9,934 bases of DNA, from NCBI RefSeq assembly GCF_006345805.1, contig NW_021827719.1, forward strand, positions 1-9,934, read 5' to 3'. The notes under the pieces are model-generated. The model saw only the letters and a list, made by a program, of their open reading frames with translations. It was not told the DNA's origin and made no database searches. Source of the stretch: Octopus sinensis (taxonomy: Eukaryota). The position numbers were made by a program, and so were the translations under genes. Below, piece after piece: positions 1 to 7,194 of the stretch (position 1 is the stretch's first letter; the number at the start of each line of letters is the position of its first letter).

Positions 1-123
1 AAAGGTGCTTTTTATGTGCCAGTAGAACCCTTGAGCCTGCAAGATTAGGATTGCTCAGCTGAAGAGGGATGTAAGGGGCATGCTTGTATGTAAGGACAAC
101 CACAATTTTACTTAGCTTGATGA

Positions 124-235
124 CATATATACACACATACATTTCTGTACATGCATACATATATACATATGCACATAGATATACATACACACATATATAT
201 GTATATATATACATTTATATGTATATTTATACATA
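124..235. repeat. Compound (TA)n/(CA)n/(TACA)n low-complexity microsatellite
   Basis: Direct reading, e.g. catatatacacacatac...catacatatatacatatgcacatagatatacatacacacatatatatgtatatatatac. Confidence 0.9.
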
Positions 236-236
236 G

Positions 237-296
237 TGTGTTGGGATATATAACCCTGGTATTACCCCATGAAGTACTTCAGCTTTCAGAGAACTG
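237..296 (+). CDS. Candidate 60-nt internal exon of an unidentified host gene
   Basis: AG at 235-236 and a consensus donor TG|GTAAGT at 297-302. Length is a multiple of 3, and only one frame is open (phase 2-2): x-VLGYITLVLPHEVLQLSEN-x. The acceptor lacks a real polypyrimidine tract and I do not recognise the peptide. Confidence 0.3.
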
Positions 297-1298
297 GTAA
301 GTGGGGAACTTTTTCAGTCTATCATTTAAATTTCTGAAAACTCACAACTAGAATATGCATAATGACAAATATCAAATAATGTAATTAGCAAATCATTTTA
401 AGACTTCATTTCCAGTTATTTCATCATAATTCAATATAATTCATCTTGCATAATGTTGTAACTGTTTTGGCAATTACTGATTAATTCTCAAGTGTGATGT
501 AGAACTTCTGTAATAAATAACATGCTGACTGATTCTGAAATCTCCTAAATAAATACACATCATTTTTGTAACAGAAACAAATGAATACAAGGAACTAAAT
601 GGATTAAGGCCCATTAAATAAATGACATGAATCTTAGATTCATGTTTGTCGTTCAGCCTGCACTTTCATAAAATTTTTCCACTTGACCTGATGCAAACAA
701 CAACAGAACACATCCTTCCTTAAGTAACTATAGGGAAAACATTTACAGTGACATTCAATGTAGTGCAAAGGTCATATATTTTCCTTACAATCAATATGTT
801 TATATTTCCTTTCAAAATAGTATGTCTTAGATAATACATGTAAGATGTAAGATACACATCAAATATGGAAGATAACATGTAAGAAATATATTCTTGAAAT
901 GTAAAAATATATATATACTCACAGTTAAATTGTTTATAGCTTCATCTACTATTCTTATTCTATTGAACCGTAAAAATAAAGTAGTCAGTGAATTGAGTTT
1001 ATATACAACATCAGGTATCTGAAATTAAATGCAAGAGAAAGAAATTTTATGTCATTAATGATTTCATTTATAGTTATTAATTATTTGATATTGAGCAAAC
1101 TCAGCCTCAACTTTTTTTAAAACACAGTTTCAAGAACTAATAAGGAAGTAGTGTTGCTACCATATGAATTGTGAACTGAAACTTAGAGCTTTAAATAAAA
1201 AATGGTGAAAAGTCAAACATGTCATTTTAGCTTTGAAAACTAATTACAAATCATATTGAATGTTTATAATATTTATAAACATTATAATGTTTATAATT

Positions 1299-1433
1299 GG
1301 GTGCACCAAAGCTGTTGCCATCTTTCAATTCATTATGGATTCATTCATTCATAATAATTCTCTTCAAAAGACCTCTTGTTACATTAATGACATCATTGGA
1401 GGCAAAGCAAAGGAAGAACATGACAATCACATG
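1299..1433 (+). mobile_element. Ty3/Gypsy-type LTR retrotransposon reverse transcriptase fragment (degenerate)
   Basis: Within ORF 1260-1472, GCTKAVAIFQFIMDSFIHNNSLQKTSCYINDIIGGKAKEEHDNH matches the LTR-RT pattern (F)GxxNxxAxFQxxMDx(10-13)YLDDIxxxGxxxEEHDxNL. The catalytic YxDD has decayed to YIND (1380-1391). Confidence 0.7.
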
Positions 1434-1443
1434 TGTTATATGA

Positions 1444-1899
1444 AAGGATCTTTTAAATGGTCAGAGATTTAGGGACACCCTAATTAAGAAATTTGACAAG
1501 AAAGAAGAGGAGGAAATACAGACTTATAACAGAATACAACTGGGAATTCCTGTGGGACAGCTTGCTGAATGCCACAGACCAAATCTGTCGCTGGTAGAAA
1601 GTCCTAACCAAAACTAGGGTGATGTGGTGGTGGAACGATGCTGTAGACAAGACCATTAGAGCAAAGAAACTGGACCAGAAGAGTGGTGGTAGCAGGGAAC
1701 TATATCAGGTAGCTACGAGGGAGGGTAGAAGACAGATGCATTTAGCCACAGGAGAAGCAGAAAGGAGGAAGTTTACCAATGTTCTGCATTGTGAGGACCA
1801 GAGACTTGAAATGTTTCAGATTGCAAGACAGTGTGTCAAAGAAAATCATGATGTGATAAGAGAGAAATGTGTTTGCATGGATGATGGGTCACTGTCAGT
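1444..1899 (+). mobile_element. RTE-clade LINE, 5' segment (endonuclease-RT linker region), degenerate
   Basis: Translation across a frameshift and a stop gives KDLLNGQRFRDTL../NWEFLWDSLLNATDQICRW*KVLTKTRVMWWWNDAVDKTIRAKK..GGSRELYQVA..ENHDVIREKCVCMDDGSLSV. The (T)WWWN motif and spacing are typical of the RTE/BovB-like linker. Includes ORF 1619-1939 up to the insertion. Confidence 0.85.
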
Positions 1900-2160
1900 T
1901 TGTAACTCTTATGAGAGAATCCTGAACACCCCCACATGACTGAAGGTGGACTAATCAATTGCAATAAATAAGAACAGAGTGAAATGTCAAGGAGTAGTTG
2001 ATGGTGTTAGTTCAACTGTGTTGGGTTACCATGCTAGTTCAATGCGTGTTGGTTTAACAGTCAGTAGTTGAACAGTGAATACTGAGTATTGTACTTACAT
2101 TTGAGTAGTACAGAGTGTGTTCTGTGTTAACATATATAGATGTATATAGCCATGTCATAA
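1900..2160. mobile_element. Unclassified ~260-bp insertion splitting the RTE ORF (possible solo LTR)
   Basis: RTE frame stops at DGSLSV (1899) and resumes as SNLAKKEVWKCHYERLLN (2162). CAGT occurs at 1896-1899 and 2161-2164 (candidate 4-bp TSD). Insert begins (T)TGTAAC and contains AATAAA near 1963. Confidence 0.55.
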
Positions 2161-3107
2161 CAGTAATCTTGCAAAGAAGGAGGTTTGGAAGTGCCATTAT
2201 GAAAGGCTACTAAATGTAGAGAACTCATGGGAGAAGGAGAGTCTGCCTAGTGTGGATCCAACAGAAAGAATTAGCAATCTGGTAGACAAAGCCATGAAGG
2301 ATATAAAGAGCCCCTCATGCATCTACGATGACCACTGAAATGCTTAAAATATCTGGACACATAAGAGGTGCAGCAATATCAGAGGAAGGTTAACTGAGAA
2401 AATAGTTTTGTGTGTGTGGAAGGTGCACAAGTACAATTAACACAAAAAATGTACAGAAAATAGATTCCATCAAATGTTAGTAGGGTAAGCAAGAGGTAGT
2501 TGATAGCTTCTATTATCTAAGTTAGTAGTGGAGATGGATGCTCTGAGAGTGCAGCTACAAAAATAAGAATAGCTAAAGTTCAGAGAGCTCCTACTTCTGT
2601 TGGTAACAAAGGGCCTCTCTCTCAGAGTAAAAAGCAGTCTGTGTACAAAGAGTTACGCTACTTGGCAGTGAAACATAGGGTGTACTCACAGAGGACATGC
2701 GTAGGCTTGAAAGAAATGCAGCTAGCATGCTTCACTAAATATGCAATGTCAGTGTGCATGTAAAACAGAGTTTGAGTGTCTTGAGAGAAAAGTTGGGCAT
2801 AAGAGGTATCAGATGTGGTATGCAAGAGAGATGATGGCACTAGTATGGTCATGTGATGCATATGGATGAGGAGAGCTGTGTAAAGAAGTGTTGATATCTA
2901 ACTGTGGAAGGAACCTGTAGACCCAGGAAGAGGTAGACCCAGGAAGATATGAGATGAGGTGGTGAAGTATGATCTTCAAAGATTGGGCATCAATGATCAG
3001 TGACAGAGACATTTGGTGATATGCCGTGCTTGAGAAGACCTATCAAGCCAAGTGAAATTGTAGTCATGACCAATGCTAGTGGGACGTAACTGGCACATGT
3101 GCTGATG
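2161..3107 (+). mobile_element. RTE-clade LINE, 3' segment with internal deletion of the RT core, ORF C-terminus and part of 3' UTR
   Basis: SNLAKKEVWKCHYERLLNVENSWEKESLPSVDPT..TTEMLKISG is joined at 2354-2356 to WTHKRCSNIRGRLTEKIV, then degenerate remnants of RTE C-terminal motifs (KFRELL.LLVTKGLSLRVK; LGSET; LREKLGIRGIRCGMQER..W.YGHVM.MDE; GRPRK.DEVVK.DL; RDIW.YAVLEKT). ORF stop TGA at 3053-3055. Confidence 0.85.
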
Positions 3108-3160
3108 GCTTTCATCTAATCATGAGGATTTTTGAAAAATCCTCATGAATGGATGAAAGC
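3108..3160. repeat. 53-bp near-perfect palindrome / hairpin
   Basis: GCTTTCATC-TAA-TCATGAGGATTTTT-G-AAAAATCCTCATGA-ATG-GATGAAAGC. 26 opposed pairs centred on G3134: 24 Watson-Crick, 1 G-T and 1 mismatch. Confidence 0.95.
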
Positions 3161-3299
3161 ACTAAATAAAGAATTATCCAAAATTCTGACTGCTCTGTCT
3201 GTCTGTTCCCTATGTATTCTCAAATGGCTTGATCAAATCATCTTTTACAAGGTAATAGTATTACACTGAACCTGAGTGGCAACATGTAATTTCCTTCTT

Positions 3300-3897
3300 T
3301 TTTGATTTCAATTAAAATATAACATTTTACAGAGATAATCTTTTTATAGGCAACTATAGCACAACATTTTATACCATGATGATGTCACATTTTGTATATG
3401 AGTATGTGTCTGTGAGTGTATGTGTGTGAGTGCATCAGTGTGTATGTGTCTGTTTCTGTGTTAGGTACATTATTAAACACACACATCTACACATACATAT
3501 ACATATGTGACAACTGATATGCATGAATGTATGTCTGTGTGTCTCTCTTACTATACAGCACTACACCCCACAAGTGCAATGTTTTTCATTTTGATTAGAA
3601 CAATATAACATTTCATAGAGATAATCATTCTATAGTCAACTATAGTACAGGACATTTTATATGAGTGTGTATGTGTCTGTGTGTGAGTATGTGCGTTCAA
3701 TACGTACAAGATAATAAAGGACATTTTATACTACTACCAACCCCACCAAGTCACATTTTGTATATGAGTGTGTATGTCTGTGAGTGTGTTTGTGTGTTTC
3801 CATGTTACGTACATTATTAAACACACAAATCTACACATACATATATATACTTGATGACTGCCATGTGTAAATGTATATCTGTGTCTTCCTTACTATT
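3300..3897. repeat. Degenerate tandem duplication, two ~260-310 bp units (~3300-3555 and ~3590-3897) containing TG/CA microsatellite-like tracts
   Basis: Co-linear shared anchors: AGAGATAATC (3331/3617), CAACTATAG (3351/3637), an exact 20-mer GTCACATTTTGTATATGAGT (3384/3750) and an exact 19-mer GTACATTATTAAACACACA (3465/3809). Confidence 0.85.
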
Positions 3898-3899
3898 GT

Positions 3900-3928
3900 A
3901 TGAATGTGTATGTGTGTGTGTGTGTGTG
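3900..3928. repeat. (TG)n microsatellite
   Basis: atgaatgtgtatgtgtgtgtgtgtgtgtg; source of the CVCVCV/VCVCV ORFs. Confidence 0.9.
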
Positions 3929-4332
3929 GCTCAGTTTATGTTTCTTATTCTACAGCCACATCAGCAATCCAATGTCAACCCTTCACCTTCTGCAACATTT
4001 CAACACTTCACTCCCCCCCCCCCTTGTTGGCTCCCATTATAGCCCATTTGCGGAATGTACCCATTTATATACTGTATTTCTATTACATCTGCATTCATTC
4101 TACATGTCAACTATACAAGGGGTCGTATTAGACACTGAAAATGTGACACACCCTAAAACATTTAAGAAACAAGATGAAGAGCAAAGAATAAACTGGAATA
4201 TGAAAACAATGCATAAACAATACCCCCAAATAAATCAAAGGGGAAGACAAAACCAACACCATTTAATTAGAATATTATATTATATATATTCCATCAATAT
4301 TACAACTACTAACCATTTTTTAATGCTTATAA

Positions 4333-4765
4333 TCAATGATTATATATTAAATAGTAGTTTTTAAAAGTCCCTTTACATGTGTGAACGCATGAATATATTT
4401 TAGCATTTAAAAGATGTCTCCTAAAATATAAGATCAAAAATAAAAAAAGGAGTTTCCAGGCTTATAAGCAGTTGCCTTGCTTATAATCTCCCACTCCACA
4501 GAAAAATTTTTTCTTGTTTTTCAAGTCTCAAATAGATTTACTGAGGCTGGTAGAAGAAAACCTGTTCCTATTATTAAAAGTGTGAATATAGTTCGAGGCG
4601 AGTTTCTTAACAAAAGTTTGTGTAGCCCCTGTGTAGAAGAAACTTTTACCCTCATATATCACTTTACATCTGTGAACAACATTCTTTTGTTTACAATAAT
4701 TTTAAAATAAACATTTATTTCTAACCCTGCAATCACAAAGTTTTTTCATTAGTACTCATATAATT
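4333..4765 (-). mobile_element. Penelope-like element (PLE) GIY-YIG endonuclease relic, copy B
   Basis: Not in the ORF track. Minus-strand translation: CDCRVRNKCLF*NYCKQKNVVHRCKVIYEGKSFFYTGATQTFVKKLASNYIHTFNNRNRFSSTSLSKSI*DLKNKKKFF/VEWEIISKATAYKPGN../LFLILYFRRHLLNAK..*. This fits the PLE pattern CxC..C..C, Y(I)G, T.LSK.IW.LK, WEII, AY. The conserved W is TGA at 4528-4530. Confidence 0.85.
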
Positions 4766-4872
4766 ATTGTTTCACATCATTACATTCAGTATAATTACTA
4801 CTTGTCATTTTATCTACATTCAGAACAAAGTAATATGTTGGTTCTCATGTTTTGTAAACCATTTTTTCAATG

Positions 4873-5094
4873 ATAAGCCTGGAAACTGTATTTGCCTTCT
4901 CTGTCTAGAAGAATTATTTTTGATCTAATATTCTAGGAGACATCTCTTAAATGCTAAAATGGACTCTTAAAAACTACTATTAAATACATAATCATCATTG
5001 ATGATAAGCATTAAAAAATTGTAAGAAGTTGTAATATTGATGAAATATAAATAATATAGTATTATATAATTTAATATAATATAATATTTTAATT
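4873..5094 (+). mobile_element. Inverted partial 3' copy (pseudo-LTR-like) of PLE copy B
   Basis: Plus strand reads KPGNCICLLCLEELFLI*YSRRHLLNAK (from 4875), the PLE endonuclease C-terminal CxLCLxE motif (4893-4916), followed by the same 3' UTR as copy B. Confidence 0.85.
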
Positions 5095-5249
5095 TTGATG
5101 GAAATAGTAGTGGGTGATTACAGGTCAGTAGGCACCATGTGGCTAAAAAATGAAGTAGTTAGTTGTAAATTTTATAAGCCTTTTTTCAATTTAAATTACT
5201 ATTATTGTTTTAAAGAGCAGAATGGCTAGAATTACATGGTTCTTGAATT

Positions 5250-5659
5250 CTATAATTTGTATTTATTAAAAATAAGATGTTTCTGCAAGCAATTGAAACT
5301 TCTTTCTTGTCTAGAGCTAATTTATCTTTCGAAGTAAATATTTGGTATAATTCTTCAAGGCACAAACTGCATTTTTCATCCCTTATTTTCTAAGGTTTTG
5401 CAGTACTAATAATTTCCCATTTTAATGAATATTTAGTATTTTCATCTTTCAGCGACCATGTAAGTTTACTAAGACCTGTTGAAAATTTCCTAGAATTATT
5501 TCCAAACGAACTTTCATGATTTGCTATTCCTTGTTTTATAAAGCATGAGCTAGCTCCTATATAGTAATATTTATTTGTATCCGTTGTTATCACACATCTA
5601 TAGATGGTATTTTTTATTCTACAATTATTTAAAAATTTGCAGTCTGTAATTTTTGTCAT
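5250..5659 (-). mobile_element. Penelope-like element GIY-YIG endonuclease relic, copy A
   Basis: ORF 5390-5659 (C..NNC..KNTIYRC..YYYIGAS..F.KQ.IANHESSF..STGLSKLTWSLK..KWEIISTAKP) continues past a TAG at the conserved AKPY tyrosine: KIRDEKCSLCLEELYQIFTSKDKLALDKKEVSIACR/HLIFNKYKL*. CSLCLEEL at 5348-5371, final TAG at 5250-5252. Confidence 0.9.
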
Positions 5660-6108
5660 GAACAGTTAGTTGAAACAAAGTGTAATGTGAAATCTTATGC
5701 TAAACTTGGGACATTGAGCATACTTCGGCAAGTTTAAGGTGACAAGGCAATGGGTTGTACACAATGCTTCAAGTGGCACTGGCACTTCAAAAGTGGACAA
5801 CGGAGCTACAGCTCAATCAAGAGTATGCCCATCATTTATTTTTGACATCCACAGAATTGTGTGTTGGAATTCATCCCCCAGAACCAGACTGTCAATAGAG
5901 AGTTCTACTGTAATATTCTGAAGTATTCAATGGAAGAAATTTGGTAAAAGCAACAGGATTTTTCACAACAATGCACCCTGTCATTGTACTCTCCTCACTT
6001 GTACATTTTTTTTTGGGGGGGGGGGCAAAAACAACATGGTATTGCTTCTGCACCTACCCTATTCACCAGATTTAGCACCTGTGGACAGTTGAATCCTGTT
6101 CTCTTAAG
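5658..6108 (+). mobile_element. Mariner (Tc1/mariner DD34D) transposase relic, internally deleted, no TIRs seen
   Basis: N-terminal HTH: NVKSYAKLG-TLSILRQV*GDKAMGCTQCFKWHWHFKSGQRS. It is joined to SIKSMPIIYF/DIHRIV/EFIPQNQTVNREFYCNIL, HNNAPCH (5964-5984) and HLPYSPDLAPVD (YSPDLAP..D at 6060-6086), the mariner signature motif. Confidence 0.9.
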
Positions 6109-6239
6109 TAAGTTCAGTTTTTTGTAATGTATGTTGTCATAGGCTATCCTTGATATCTTCTGTTTTTAAAGCAGTCATTTGATTTTTTTCAAAGCTGCCT
6201 TTCGAATGCTTTAAATAATTTGTAACAGCAGAAACGTTT

Positions 6240-6720
6240 TCACAGCTAACATTTGCTAACATTAATAGTTCTCGATTCTTCCAATCATGTATCTCCAGGA
6301 ATATGATGCAATAAAGATCTCAGAATTGCTCCTGTTCCTATGGTGAAACTAAGTAGGTACATCAAATTGTGCGTATTAATTTTTTTTCTGAGATGTCACA
6401 TTTTCTCAGTATATATTCCGTGTGCAAGATTAAGGGAAACAAGTATAGGGTAACATACTTGCAAATGATTTAGTTGGTGGTTCTGGTTAATTTGCATCCA
6501 TTCAGTGAATGGTGGAATTGTCATGTGTGTGGATAACATATTGAATATCATCATCATCATTAAAATAAACATATTGCTGTTGGGGTAAATGAACTGTAAG
6601 ATGTTGCACTGAAGGATATGAACCATTTAACTTGAAACCTCAAATCCTCCAGACAGCCTCTGCTGAGGACACATAGTGACCATTAATGTCATTTTCAATT
6701 TCATATTTGTGTGTTTCTTT
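6240..6720 (-). mobile_element. Helitron Rep/helicase relic, segment 3 (downstream of the Rep tyrosine motif)
   Basis: YEIENDINGHYVSSAEAVWRI*GFKLNGSYPSVQHLTVHLPQQQYVYFNDDDD (YVSSAEAVWRI 6643-6675; VHLPQQQYVYF 6562-6594), /FTEWMQIN, YLVSP*EQEQF/LRSLLHHIPGDT*LEESRTIN (6294-6323). Matches Helitron DEI..GRY.S..EA.WRI, L.VHLP.QQ, and LR.LL..V.G.TSF..LRT.N. Confidence 0.9.
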
Positions 6721-6725
6721 TCTAT

Positions 6726-7108
6726 TTGTTACCTCCACCAAGGAAGGAGGTTATGTTTTCATCGGCATTGGTTTGTCCACCTGTCCGTCTGTGTGCAAAA
6801 TAACTCAAAATGTTGTGAACAGTATTTGATGAAACTTGCAGGAAAAGTTGGTAATGACACAAGGAACAGATGATGAAATTTTAGTAGTGATCCAGGAAAT
6901 TTTGTAGATTCTTGAAGAATTTTTCATTTATTATATTTACTTTACATGAAGTATTACAATGTTACGTTCTTTATCTCCCTGAAACCACGTTCATCGTTTG
7001 CATGTAACCTATGGTGGCATTGCTGTTTCTAAAGTTTATTTTCATTTCTCTATTAGTAATTTTACTCGCATTTCTATCTTAAAATGAGCTGCTTGGTGGA
7101 GGTCTGCG
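6726..7108 (+). mobile_element. Helentron-type non-autonomous element (HINE/DINE-1-like), copy 1, 3' hairpin missing
   Basis: Exact 12-bp subterminal inverted repeats ACCTCCACCAAG (6731-6742) / CTTGGTGGAGGT (7092-7103). 5' partial IR ACCTCC..GGAGGT (6731-6751), short GTCC/GTCT tract (~6771-6792) and T-rich 5' flank. Family assignment rests on architecture and recall. Confidence 0.7.
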
Positions 7109-7194
7109 GAGGATGTCATGACAAGCCTTTACTATTGGGATGATTCCTGTTTTTAAAGGGTATTTTTATTAAAATCATATGACTGTGTTATTTT

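Larger units (their letters stand above)
4264..5094. repeat. Long imperfect inverted repeat: arms ~4264-4465 and ~4873-5094, ~405-bp spacer
   Basis: Left TTTTTTAATGCTTATAATCAATGAT..AATAGTAGTTTTTAAAAGTCC..ATTTTAGCATTTAAAAGATGTCTCCTAAAATATAAGATCAAAAATAA..AGTTTCCAGGCTTAT aligns with the reverse complement of 4873-5020, with scattered substitutions and two ~20-26 bp indels. An AT-rich extension matches 4264-4315 to 5015-5094. Confidence 0.92.

Noticed and set aside
4-21. GGTGCTTTTTATGTGCCA as the reverse complement of a recalled Octopus retroposon 3' motif
   Set aside because: Only 18 bp at the window edge; insufficient to call.
2658-3012. Minus-strand ORFs 2658-2861 and 2809-3012
   Set aside because: Antisense shadows of the RTE C-terminus on the plus strand.
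3127-3251. Possible exon FLKNPHEWMKALNKELSKILTALSVCSLCILKWLDQIIFYK ending at AAG|GTAATA
   Set aside because: No polypyrimidine acceptor, starts inside the palindrome, weak donor and an unrecognised peptide; likely chance.
3851-4364. ORFs 3851-4042, 3900-4364 and 3904-4131
   Set aside because: Built on a (TG)n tract, a C11 run and the antisense of the PLE 3' end; no recognisable protein.
4477-4710. Plus-strand ORF 4477-4710
   Set aside because: Antisense of PLE GIY-YIG copy B.
4100-5250. Hammerhead ribozyme in the PLE 3' UTR / pseudo-LTR, expected for many PLEs
   Set aside because: No CTGANGA..GAAA core with flanking stems found by eye on either strand; only degenerate TTGATGA strings. A covariance-model search would be decisive.
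5739-5921. ORF 5739-5921 as a protein
   Set aside because: Mostly an off-frame reading of the mariner relic; the informative frames are different.
6015-6025. G11 run (and C11 at 4013-4023) as a G-quadruplex
   Set aside because: Too short for four separate G-tracts with loops; a simple homopolymer expansion or sequencing-length uncertainty.
7110-7190. A second KY..KGHD-like Helitron motif between the two HINE-like copies
   Set aside because: Needs several ad hoc indels, and the real motif is already at 7359-7394; more likely variable linker.
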